NCBI GenBank assembly: GCA_035352955.1
Contig: DAOPYQ010000010.1
Coordinates: 3,145 to 67,144, forward strand
Source: Candidatus Omnitrophota bacterium
GTDB taxonomy: Bacteria; Omnitrophota; Omnitrophia; Omnitrophales; Aquincolibacteriaceae
DNA length: 64,000 bases
Direction of reading: 5' to 3'
Part shown: in pieces, positions 55,773 through 64,000 of the stretch
Numbering within the stretch: the stretch's first letter is position 1
How the letters are laid out: every line of letters begins with the position of its first letter
Translations under genes and position numbers: made by a program
Notes under the pieces: model-generated
Database searches by the model: none
The model's input: the letters and a program-made list of their open reading frames with translations, nothing else
What the model was told of the DNA's origin: nothing

Positions 55773-57058
55773 GATTAATGAAAATGGTCATTTGCATTCA
55801 AATGGTTTCTTGCATTTTTGTTCAGCCCATATTTGCTAATGAAATCGGATTTGATGCGTTGAGCCTCAATGATGCATTGCGGATCGCCTATATCAATCAT
55901 CCCAGGATGCAAGAAGCAAAACAGGAGATTTCTGCGGCAAAAGGAGCTTGGATTCAAGCCGAAGCATTGCCAGATCCAGAATTTTCATTGGATGTTGGCG
56001 GCTTGAAGAAACATGCTAAGGTGGAAGACGAAGCAGACTCCAACCAGATCCGAAAAGGAAATATCGATGCCTTTTCTATCAAACAACCGCTTGATCCTTT
56101 AGGGACAAGATTTCTTAGAGGAAGTGTTGCTCGGGATAATGTGAAAATCTCAAAAGGATCGCTTCAACTTGCATGGGCTGAAGTAAGAAAACAAGTTATC
56201 GAGGTTTATTCAAGGATTCTTGCACAGGAAAAAGCTCATGAAATCGCACAGGAAAATCTTAAGGCAACCAGACAGTTCTTTACACAGGTCGAAACTAAAT
56301 TCCAAGCCGGTAACGCCTTACAAAGCGACTCGTTACGCGCCCGAATTGAAGTTTCGCGTGCCGAAAACGATTTGCTCATTGCCCAGAAAAATCTCAAAGT
56401 GTCCAAGGGAGAGCTTAATCTCGCGCTTGGGCGGTCCGTAGAATCATCCTTTTCTCTGAAGGATTCTCTCGCCTATGACTCATTGCGTTATGAATATGAA
56501 AAAATTCGTGAAAGCGCAATCGTTCAGCGGGCCGATGTGGGGAATGAAAAGACGCTGCTTCGTTCAAAGAAAAAAGAACTTTGGAGTGCGATCTTAAAGA
56601 CCTTTTTTCCAAAAATGTCGATTGGGGTCGAACGAGTCACTACGGATTTTGACAACGATACGGCTATTTTGCTTGAGGCCTCCTATCCCTTATGGGGATT
56701 TAACTGGGGTGCCATCAAAGAAGCCAAGGCAAACAAGGAAAAACAAAACGTGCGTTTTGAGGCGCTCAAGCGACAAGTCGGGCTTGAAGTTTATCAGGCT
56801 TTTCTCGAAGCCGAATTAGCCGATAAGCAGGTTCTTCTTCAAAAGAAAGCGATTGAAGAAGCCAATGAACTATTAAGACAAGTGACCCTGCAATATGAGA
56901 CAGGAGAAGTTCAATTTTTAACATACCTTGAGAACATTAAAACAATAAAAGAAACACGTCTGGCTTACTTTACTGCACTTAAAGATTACAAAGAAAAGGT
57001 GGCAGAGCTTGAACGGGTTATTCAAGCCACGCCAACTCCCGGAAAGGAAAAAATATGA
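55769..57058 (+). CDS. czcC: Outer-membrane factor of a heavy-metal RND system (CzcC/CusC-like, TolC family).
   Basis: TolC-like repeats. Translationally coupled to the downstream MFP and HME-RND genes. Confidence 0.75.
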   Translation: MRLMKMVICIQMVSCIFVQPIFANEIGFDALSLNDALRIAYINHPRMQEAKQEISAAKGAWIQAEALPDPEFSLDVGGLKKHAKVEDEADSNQIRKGNIDAFSIKQPLDPLGTRFLRGSVARDNVKISKGSLQLAWAEVRKQVIEVYSRILAQEKAHEIAQENLKATRQFFTQVETKFQAGNALQSDSLRARIEVSRAENDLLIAQKNLKVSKGELNLALGRSVESSFSLKDSLAYDSLRYEYEKIRESAIVQRADVGNEKTLLRSKKKELWSAILKTFFPKMSIGVERVTTDFDNDTAILLEASYPLWGFNWGAIKEAKANKEKQNVRFEALKRQVGLEVYQAFLEAELADKQVLLQKKAIEEANELLRQVTLQYETGEVQFLTYLENIKTIKETRLAYFTALKDYKEKVAELERVIQATPTPGKEKI

Positions 57059-57969
57059 AACGAACGTTTATATTATGCTTAATCATGAGTTTTGTGCTTA
57101 TTGGATGCGGAGGCAAAAAAAATGAAGAAGCGAAAAAAAAAGAAAATCAATTACCGACCGTTCATTTGACCGTTGAGCAACAAAAATTAATCGACTTAAA
57201 AATTGAGAAAGTGAAAAAAGCGCCGCTTGAAAACAGGATACAGGTTATCGGGGAAATCGCCCAAGAAACTGAAAAAGCGCTACACCTTACATCTCCTGAA
57301 TCCGGAACCTTAAAATCGTTCTTTAAAGAGATTGGTGAGGCAGTTCAAAAAGATGAACCTCTTTTTGAAGTCACCGCGAAAGATGGCAAAACGATAAAAA
57401 TCCCGTCTCCTGATCACGGAGTTATCCTCGCACGCTATATCAAAGTGGGCGAATCTGTGGACAGCATCACTTCTGTTATGACGATCGTTAATCCGGATGT
57501 GCTTCGTGCAAGTTTTAATGTTTATGAAAAAGATATTGCCAGAGTGAAATTAGGGCAAAAAGTCATCGTGAAGTCCATCGCTTATCCGGATGAGGAATTC
57601 CAAGGAGTAGTGGCTTTCATTTCTCCGAACGTCGATGAGAAATCACGGACGATCAAGATCCGGGTGAATATCAATAATGAAAAAGATCTGCTTAAATTCG
57701 GGATGTTTGTGACGGGCGATGTTATCGAGACTTCAACTGAATCAGCGATTCTTGCACCAAGCAATTCGATCGTTTCCGTGGAGGATAAGCCCGGGGTGTT
57801 CGTTCCTTCTTCTCAAGAGGATTTTGTCTTAAAGGTTGTTAAAGTCGGGCGAGCCTCGGGAAATTTTACTGAAATCAAAGAAGGTCTATCCGAAAACGAC
57901 AACGTTGTATCTCAGGGGAGTTTTCAGCTTAAATCAGAACTCCTAAAAAGTACTTTCGGGGAGGATTGA
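57055..57969 (+). CDS. czcB: Membrane-fusion protein of the heavy-metal efflux system (CzcB/CusB-like).
   Basis: Lipoprotein-like signal LIMSFVLIGCGG. MFP beta-barrel and lipoyl motifs. Operon context. Confidence 0.75.
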   Translation: MKRTFILCLIMSFVLIGCGGKKNEEAKKKENQLPTVHLTVEQQKLIDLKIEKVKKAPLENRIQVIGEIAQETEKALHLTSPESGTLKSFFKEIGEAVQKDEPLFEVTAKDGKTIKIPSPDHGVILARYIKVGESVDSITSVMTIVNPDVLRASFNVYEKDIARVKLGQKVIVKSIAYPDEEFQGVVAFISPNVDEKSRTIKIRVNINNEKDLLKFGMFVTGDVIETSTESAILAPSNSIVSVEDKPGVFVPSSQEDFVLKVVKVGRASGNFTEIKEGLSENDNVVSQGSFQLKSELLKSTFGED

Positions 57970-57976
57970 GGATTTT

Positions 57977-60900
57977 ATGATTAATTGGCTCATTCAATTT
58001 AGTCTCAGGCAACGTTTATTAATCGTTATCATGGTACTTGTTGTCGTTGGAATCGGCATCCGTTCGATGAAAAGCTTGCCCATTGATGCTTTTCCTGACG
58101 TAACGCCTACGATGGTTCAAATCGTTACGGAGTCGGAAGGGCTTGCTCCTGAGGAAGTCGAACGTTTGATCACTTATCCTGTCGAGGTTTCGATCAACGG
58201 TATTCCCGGTGTAAAACAAGTAAAGTCAATTTCTGCATTTGGTTTGTCCATGGTGTCCGTTTATTTTAAAGACAACATCGATATCTATTTTGCCCGCCAG
58301 TTGATTCTCGAAAAATTGCAAAAGGCAAAAGAAGAAATTCCTCAGGGACTTGGCGAACCCGAGATGGGGCCCATCACGACAGGATTGGGGCAAGTTTATC
58401 AGTACGTGGTCGAGGGAAAAGGCAAGGATCTAACCGAACTTCGTAGTATCCAGGACTGGATTGTGAAGTTTAATCTGCGAACCGTTCCGGGCGTGACTGA
58501 AATATTGAGTTTCGGAGGAAAGGTAAAACAATATCAGGTGCAGATTAATCCCGATCTTTTAAGGAAATATGACATTCACCTTAACGAGGTCATCAACGCT
58601 TTGAAAGCGAATAATGCCAATGTCGGCGGAAGTTTTATTGAGAAAAATTCCGAAGAATATCTCGTCCGTGGATTGGGATGGGTCAAAGACATTGAAGATT
58701 TGCGCCGTATTGTTATCGGGACAAACGAACAAACACCTATTTACTTAAAAGATGTGGCCAATATTCAATTTGGCCCTGAAATCCGGAGAGGGGCCGTTTC
58801 GAGAAATGGTAATGGTGAAATAGTTACCGGCATCGTTTTAAAACTCATTCGAGAAAATACGGCAGAAGTTATCAAGGCCGTCAAAGAAAAAGTTTCTCAA
58901 ATTAATAAGATTTTGCCCGAAGGGGTCAAAATCGTTCCATTTTATGATCAGGCTGATCTTGTGGCGAAGTGTATCGAGACTGTTCGTGACGCCCTTATCA
59001 TCGGTATTGTTTTGGTTGTGATCATTCTTTTCCTCTTTTTGGGTAATGTTCGCACAGCGTTGATTGTTACTGCAATTCTGCCCCTTTCCTGTTTGGTTGC
59101 CTTTACTTTGATGAAGATCGGTGGTTTCTCCGCAAACCTCATGTCTTTGGGGGGGCTCGCCATTGGGATAGGTATGATGGTCGATGGCGGCGTTGTAATG
59201 GTGGAGAATATTTATCGCCATCTCTCGGAGCACAACGGAAATGATGAATCTGTGATTCACGTTGTATTGCGTGCGGCTCAAGAAATGGGAAAACCCATTG
59301 TTTTTGCCATCGGAATCATCGTTATTGTTTTTCTGCCTATTTTCACTTTTGAAGGTGTCGAAGGAAAACTCTTCACCCCGATGGCTTTCACAATCAGCTT
59401 TGCAATGCTTGGATCGCTTATCTTTTCTTTGACCGTTGTTCCAGTTCTGTGCGCTTTTTTCCTTAAAAAAGGAGGCTCAGAACATGAACCGAAAATCGTA
59501 AGTTGGATAAGGCAACGATACATCCCTCTTCTCAACAGCGCTTTGAACAACCGGAAAAGGGTTATTACAATCGCTTCGGCATGTCTTATTGGGAGCCTTT
59601 TGCTGATACCTTTTCTGGGAACGGAATTTGTTCCTGTTTTGGATGAAGGAACATTTATGGTGCGGGCAACAATGGCACCGAGTACATCGCTGAATGAAGC
59701 TATTGCGATCAGTGGAAAAATCGAAAAACTCCTTCTAGGATTCCCAGAAGTCAAGAATGCTATTTCAAGGGTTGGGCGTGCTGAAATCGGCGGCGATCCT
59801 GAACCCGTTAACAATGTCGAAATATTTGTAGATGTAAAACCTCAAAAGGAATGGAAGACCGCCCACTCGCGGGATGAATTTATTAAAAAATTGGAGGAGA
59901 AGATTTCGCAGTACCCTGGCATTTCACTCAATATTTCCCAACCTATTGCAATTCGTGTCGACGAATTGATTTCAGGGGTTAAAGCCCAGCTTGCCATAAA
60001 TCTTTTTGGTGATGATCTTGATATTCTTGTCCAAAAGGGAAATGAAATTGCCAAAATTATTCAATCGATACGTGGGGCAGCGGATGTCCAGACCGAACAA
60101 GTCACGGGTCAGCCTCAGTTAGTCATCGCGATTGACCGCGAGAAAATCGCAAGATACGGAATCAATGTGGCCGATGTTCAAGAAATTATTCGCACGGCTA
60201 TCGGTGGAGAGGCGGCAGGAGAAGTATTCGAGGGCCAGAAACGGTTTAATATTTTTGTTCGGTTGCAGGAATCCTTCAGGAATGATGTGAAAGCTATTGG
60301 CAATTTACTTGTTCATGCCCCGGTGGGAGGTGAAATTCCGCTTGCTCAGCTTGCCGATATAAAGATCCTTACAGGCCCAAAACAGATTAGCAGAGATGAC
60401 AATCAGCGGCGTATTGTCATCCAGGCGAACATCCGTGGTCGCGACATGGGCGGATTCGTCAGTGAGGCTCAGCAGAGGATCGAAAAGCAGGTCAAGCTTC
60501 CAACCGGCTATTTCGTGACCTGGGGCGGCCAGTTTGAAAATCAACAACGCGCCATGAAACGACTCATGTTGATTGTGCCAGTCACAATCGCGATTATTTT
60601 CTTTTTGCTATTCCTGAGTTTTAATTCGCTAAAAAACGCATCTTTGATTATCTTGAATGTTCCTTTCTCAATGGTAGGCGGTATCGTGGCACTATGGATT
60701 TCAAGGCTTTATTTAAGCGTTCCTGCCTCAGTTGGTTTTATTGCGCTTTTCGGCGTTGCCGTGTTGAACGGTGTTGTGCTTGTTACCTGTATCAATCAGC
60801 TGAGACAAGAAGGAACGCCTTTAAATGAAGCTATTACTCAAGGCTGCATGTTGAGATTGAGGCCGGTTTTAATGACAGCTCTTGTAGCAAGTCTTGGCCT

Positions 60901-61057
60901 TGTACCTCTTTTATTTTCGACAGGAACCGGCTCAGAAGTCCAAAAACCGCTAGCAACCGTTGTTGTTGGTGGCTTATTCACGTCAACCATCCTAACTTTA
61001 CTTGTTTTGCCTGTATTGTATGGGTGGTTTCAAAAAGATGAGGAGGAGTACCAGTGA
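57977..61057 (+). CDS. czcA: Heavy-metal efflux RND transporter (HME family, CzcA/CusA-like), 1026 aa.
   Basis: N-terminus MINWLIQFSLRQRLLIVIMVLVV matches CzcA/CusA-type N-termini. Twelve-TM RND architecture. Confidence 0.85.
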   Translation: MINWLIQFSLRQRLLIVIMVLVVVGIGIRSMKSLPIDAFPDVTPTMVQIVTESEGLAPEEVERLITYPVEVSINGIPGVKQVKSISAFGLSMVSVYFKDNIDIYFARQLILEKLQKAKEEIPQGLGEPEMGPITTGLGQVYQYVVEGKGKDLTELRSIQDWIVKFNLRTVPGVTEILSFGGKVKQYQVQINPDLLRKYDIHLNEVINALKANNANVGGSFIEKNSEEYLVRGLGWVKDIEDLRRIVIGTNEQTPIYLKDVANIQFGPEIRRGAVSRNGNGEIVTGIVLKLIRENTAEVIKAVKEKVSQINKILPEGVKIVPFYDQADLVAKCIETVRDALIIGIVLVVIILFLFLGNVRTALIVTAILPLSCLVAFTLMKIGGFSANLMSLGGLAIGIGMMVDGGVVMVENIYRHLSEHNGNDESVIHVVLRAAQEMGKPIVFAIGIIVIVFLPIFTFEGVEGKLFTPMAFTISFAMLGSLIFSLTVVPVLCAFFLKKGGSEHEPKIVSWIRQRYIPLLNSALNNRKRVITIASACLIGSLLLIPFLGTEFVPVLDEGTFMVRATMAPSTSLNEAIAISGKIEKLLLGFPEVKNAISRVGRAEIGGDPEPVNNVEIFVDVKPQKEWKTAHSRDEFIKKLEEKISQYPGISLNISQPIAIRVDELISGVKAQLAINLFGDDLDILVQKGNEIAKIIQSIRGAADVQTEQVTGQPQLVIAIDREKIARYGINVADVQEIIRTAIGGEAAGEVFEGQKRFNIFVRLQESFRNDVKAIGNLLVHAPVGGEIPLAQLADIKILTGPKQISRDDNQRRIVIQANIRGRDMGGFVSEAQQRIEKQVKLPTGYFVTWGGQFENQQRAMKRLMLIVPVTIAIIFFLLFLSFNSLKNASLIILNVPFSMVGGIVALWISRLYLSVPASVGFIALFGVAVLNGVVLVTCINQLRQEGTPLNEAITQGCMLRLRPVLMTALVASLGLVPLLFSTGTGSEVQKPLATVVVGGLFTSTILTLLVLPVLYGWFQKDEEEYQ

Positions 61058-61392
61058 AGGAAATCAAAGCTTATATTCAGCCCTTTATGTTGCAAAAAGT
61101 CACGGATGCTTTGCATAAAATTCACATTCGCGGCATGAGTGTTTCGGAGATAAAAGGCTTTGGTAGAGAAAAAGATGCGGCCTTCCCGCAGCATTCAAAA
61201 AATGATGTGACCGAGTTTAGCCCCAAAACAAAAATAGAGATTATCTGTAATGACGATGAAGTTGATCTCATCATTGAAACCATCCCAAAAAATGCGCATA
61301 CCGGTCATAAGGGGGATGGTAAAATTATTGTTACGGAAGTGCTAGAAGCCATCAGCATTCTTTCCGGAGAAAAAGGGTCGAAAGCTATTTAG
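61054..61392 (+). CDS. P-II-like (GlnB-fold) small protein of the type found inside czc/cus operons.
   Basis: MKEIKAYIQPFMLQKVTDALHKIHIRGMSVSEIKGFGREKD has the GlnB-like fold pattern. It overlaps the czcA stop. Confidence 0.6.
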   Translation: MKEIKAYIQPFMLQKVTDALHKIHIRGMSVSEIKGFGREKDAAFPQHSKNDVTEFSPKTKIEIICNDDEVDLIIETIPKNAHTGHKGDGKIIVTEVLEAISILSGEKGSKAI

Positions 61393-61399
61393 GTATATT

Positions 61400-62299
61400 A
61401 TGTCGCACGAATTGTCCGCTTCAAAAGAGAATAGCAAGAAACTCATTGTGGTTTTTTCAGTCACTACAATTTATATGGTGATTGAAGCGGTTGCCGGTTT
61501 CTTGACCAAAAGTCTCGCGCTTTTAGCCGATGCGGGACACATGCTGACAGATGCGGGAGGGTTGGGGCTCGCTTTGTTGGCTGTTTGGTTTTCATCTCGT
61601 CCGGCAACCAAAAGAAACAGCTTTGGTTTTTATCGTATGGAAATCCTTGCTGCCTTTATCAATGCGCTCGTGCTTCTTGGGATTTCTTTTTTTATTCTTT
61701 ATGAGGCATGGAAACGCTTTGCAAATCCGCCCCAAATTCAAAGCAAGCAGATGCTTCTTGTTGCTATTGCCGGTTTTGCGGTTAATCTCTTCAGCATGTT
61801 TGTTTTGCACCGTTCTTCAGAAAAAAGTTTAAATCTGAAGGGAGCATATCTTGAGGTCCTTAGCGATATGCTCGCATCTGTGGGTGTTATTGCTGCTGGC
61901 GTCATTATGCTTCTGACGGGTTGGTATTACGCCGATCCCATTATTAGTGCCTTAATTGGGGTTTTTATTTTGCCCAGAACATGGAACCTGTTAAGTGATG
62001 CTGCCCATATTCTTTTGGAGGGAACGCCGGAGCACATTGACCTTAACGCCGTGGAACAGGCGGTGCTTAAGATAAACGGTGTTTTAGGTATTCACGATCT
62101 TCATATTTGGACAATTACTTCCGGGATTGATTCATTGAGCGCTCATATTAGTATTGAAAATGATTTTGATAGTGGAAAGATTCAGACGAAATTAGAAGGT
62201 CTTTTCAAAAAGCAATTTCAAATTACTCATACAACAATTCAGTTCGAGATAGGATCTCACGCTGATAAGGGCTGCCATATATATGAACGAAAACAGTAG
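61400..62299 (+). CDS. czcD: Cation-diffusion-facilitator metal exporter (CzcD/ZitB-like).
   Basis: CDF signature SLALLADAGHMLTDAGGLGLAL. Six TM segments. C-terminal cytoplasmic domain with LHIWTITSG. Confidence 0.85.
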   Translation: MSHELSASKENSKKLIVVFSVTTIYMVIEAVAGFLTKSLALLADAGHMLTDAGGLGLALLAVWFSSRPATKRNSFGFYRMEILAAFINALVLLGISFFILYEAWKRFANPPQIQSKQMLLVAIAGFAVNLFSMFVLHRSSEKSLNLKGAYLEVLSDMLASVGVIAAGVIMLLTGWYYADPIISALIGVFILPRTWNLLSDAAHILLEGTPEHIDLNAVEQAVLKINGVLGIHDLHIWTITSGIDSLSAHISIENDFDSGKIQTKLEGLFKKQFQITHTTIQFEIGSHADKGCHIYERKQ

Positions 62300-62325
62300 G
62301 ATTTTAAAATTTAAAATGTTGCGGG

Positions 62326-62763
62326 ATGTGGAAGTCTTATCGAGACATTAACCGTAAATATCCCAAAATTTCCCTCCAAGAAGAACGACGATTAATCCGT
62401 GAAGCTAAGCGCGGCGGCAAGGCGCAAGCTGAAGAATTAGTGCTTCGGCATATCGGATTCGTGATCTTCCGAATCAATAAACGTGCTTTTCCGGCCTATG
62501 CCCGTCGATTCGGCGAAGACTTACTCTCTCAGGGGATTTTCCTTCTTTACGACAAGATCAAAACCTATAACCTCCGTTATTATGACGTGCAGGGGAATTT
62601 CAAGCCTGTCCGATTTGTCTCCTACATCTGGAAAGCCGTGGACGGTCTTATCCTCGCTTCGCTTAAAAAAGAGCTTCGACACGAGAAACTTCAAAGACAA
62701 CCAAACTGGGAGAGGTGGAGGTATGAAGATCCTGTGCAGCAGTTGCAAGAAGCTAATGGGTGA
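62326..62763 (+). CDS. Small sigma-70 region-2-like protein (145 aa). Region 2.1-2.4-like, with no region 4.
   Basis: AEELVLRHIGFVIFRINKRAFPAYARRFGEDLLSQGIFLLYDKIKTYN parallels sigma-70 region 2 (LVESNLRLVVSIAKKY...DLIQEGNIGLMKAVDKFD). YIWKAVDGLILASLKK is region 2.3/2.4-like. This is the intact member of a three-copy family in this window. Confidence 0.55.
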   Translation: MWKSYRDINRKYPKISLQEERRLIREAKRGGKAQAEELVLRHIGFVIFRINKRAFPAYARRFGEDLLSQGIFLLYDKIKTYNLRYYDVQGNFKPVRFVSYIWKAVDGLILASLKKELRHEKLQRQPNWERWRYEDPVQQLQEANG

Positions 62764-63352
62764 ACAAAAACCGTTTGAAGATCAATCTGAAGTGCATGCC
62801 AAATGTGCTGATTGCGCACAGAGAGAAAAAGATGCGGAGATTGAAAGAGTCGCTAAAGAACCTTTGCCCGGATCTAAAAAGCAGCGGGTTGTTGAGCTAG
62901 AGAATGGATTGCAGGGGTTAATCACGATTGGAGGAAAGGAAACGCCGAATCTTTCATTTTGGGATGTTCTTTTTGCAGATAAACAGTTCTTCTGCTGCAA
63001 GGACAAGCGGAAAGAATTCGATGGGTATTTAGGCAGTCTTCGGGGTGATCTGATAGATATTACATTCCTGCATTCTATGGAGGCTTATCTTGATCTTCCG
63101 AAGCGTGGAAAGCGGAAGAAGCTAAATGCTGAAGAGCCAAAAGCGGAGGAGGGGAAGAGGGAATCAATTAATTATAATTGCACGATCCGGGTTCCCAAAG
63201 AGTATGCCGTCCATGTTTTTGAGACCAAGACAAGACAGAACATGGAGATCATAGGTATTCTTGCGGAGGGTATTGAAAAGCAGTACTGGAAGGAGAAAGA
63301 AGCAGAGAAAGCCGCTGCCTCTCCAAGCCCCTCTTTTGATGTCGGTCTATGA
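62723..63352 (+). CDS. Hypothetical zinc-ribbon protein (CxxC...CxxC N-terminus), overlapping the end of the sigma-like gene.
   Basis: GGAGGT RBS then ATG 62723. MKILCSSCKKLMGEQKPFEDQSEVHAKCADCAQ. Confidence 0.45.
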   Translation: MKILCSSCKKLMGEQKPFEDQSEVHAKCADCAQREKDAEIERVAKEPLPGSKKQRVVELENGLQGLITIGGKETPNLSFWDVLFADKQFFCCKDKRKEFDGYLGSLRGDLIDITFLHSMEAYLDLPKRGKRKKLNAEEPKAEEGKRESINYNCTIRVPKEYAVHVFETKTRQNMEIIGILAEGIEKQYWKEKEAEKAAASPSPSFDVGL

Positions 63353-63609
63353 AAATGTCCACTTCGACGAGGTTGGACAAACGCATCTCATTTATCAATA
63401 ATAAGTTAAGTATAAATCAACCTCTCTAAAACTGGACAAATTGGACAAAATTCGGCTCATTTTGCCTCATGATGACCTCAAGACATGGGCAAAGAGTCGG
63501 ATAATCTGGCATCTCCGATCTCCCATAATTGCTGGATATAATGTAGCGCTTCGATTATAATTTCGCCCATTCGTCCCGAGAGGATCGCGGTTCCATGACA
63601 TCCTAGGGA

Positions 63610-63650
63610 CGCCAAAAATACCCGATGGTTTTAAATCATCGGGTATTTTT
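63610..63650. terminator. Perfect 13-bp hairpin AAAATACCCGATG-GTTTTAAATC-CATCGGGTATTTT followed by a T-run. Looks like a bidirectional terminator.
   Basis: Read directly. It is preceded by TAGGGACGCCA, which resembles the tRNA-Glu 3' end. Confidence 0.45.
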
Positions 63651-63661
63651 GTTTCTACGGC

Positions 63662-63838
63662 GGGGATTTGAAGAGAGCGCTTGTGTACAATAATGACTCA
63701 TGTCATGATCGTAAGTACGAGTGGCCGACCTGAAGTGAGTGAAACGAACGGAAGGCGCCGAATTCTCTCCCAAAGCCAATTGTTTTGGGACGTTAAAGAA
63801 ATCGAAACTTGTGGCTTCGATTTAACGTTAGGGGCACT
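63662..63838 (+). repeat. Copy B of the ~175-nt repeat element (see 54139..54305).
   Basis: About 70% identity to copy A in ordered blocks, including the long hairpin TTGGGACGTTAAAGAAATCGAAACTTGTGGCTTCGATTTAACGTTAGGGG. Confidence 0.6.
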
Positions 63839-63891
63839 TGATTTCGTCCGCCTCGACTGATTTCATTTGAACTTTAAGCAGGTAAAACATT

Positions 63892-64000
63892 ATGAAGCAA
63901 TGGTATGAAGCATTATTTGAGAATTACGCCCACAAATATGATAAAGAGTGTTTTGTCCAAGGCACATTGGGCGAATGTGATTTTATTGAAGGTGAGATTG
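63892..64000 (+). CDS. 5' end of a gene (MKQWYEALFENYAHKYDKECFVQGTLGECDFIEGEI...), likely a SAM-dependent methyltransferase. Truncated by the window edge.
   Basis: ORF continues to the window end. The N-terminus resembles class-I methyltransferase N-termini. Confidence 0.3.
   Translation, partial: MKQWYEALFENYAHKYDKECFVQGTLGECDFIEGEI

Noticed and set aside
61551-61832. 93-aa and 72-aa ORFs inside the czcD-like gene.
   Set aside because: Out-of-frame or antisense to a canonical CDF transporter sequence.
1-64000. Searched for CRISPR arrays, rRNA genes, IS-element transposases and integrases.
   Set aside because: I found no short regularly spaced direct repeats. There are no rRNA-like conserved stretches. 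No DDE/HUH transposase or tyrosine/serine recombinase motifs were recognisable in any long ORF. The only mobile-element evidence is indirect: tRNA-adjacent repeats, GC shifts and gene fragments.

Overview
The window is a high-GC (roughly 58-60%) bacterial chromosomal segment with lower-GC inserts. All GC figures here are eyeball estimates, not computed. Two things dominate it. The first is a single 19.8-kb ORF (34152..53945, 6597 aa) encoding a mosaic megaprotein. I can read motif-level signatures of several unrelated enzyme and signalling families along its length: a ChaN/TIKI-like N-terminal region, a YvcK/CofD-like domain, a HAD phosphatase motif, a PTS Enzyme-I-like PEP-utilising module, a GlnD-like HD plus two ACT domains, a GT9-like domain and a C-terminal REC receiver. 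The second is a six-gene complex-I / group-4-hydrogenase-like membrane operon (10646..17777). Its 'large subunit' has lost the NiFe-binding CxxC motif and no NuoI-type ferredoxin subunit is present, which is the pattern of Ehr (energy-converting hydrogenase related) complexes. It sits directly behind an HTH-EIIA(Ntr)-type regulator. The rest of the window holds a MarR-controlled RND tripartite efflux operon, a SulP/STAS anion transporter, an ArsR regulator, a LysR regulator, MscS, two GreA/Rnk-like paralogs flanking a homospermidine-synthase-like gene, a hexapeptide acetyltransferase, and an HlyD / fused-ABC (RbbA-like) / ABC-2 / OMF efflux operon. A tRNA-Glu(UUC) is followed by a low-GC czcCBA-czcD heavy-metal resistance island. 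Several module junctions carry decayed gene fragments: a STAS gene with an in-frame TAA, a LexA/S24 remnant, a Usp fragment, and two decayed copies of a small sigma-region-2-like gene whose intact copy lies next to the czc island. A ~175-nt repeat ending in tRNA-3'-end-like sequence occurs at both ends of the island. All calls are from reading the translated sequence; no database search was run.
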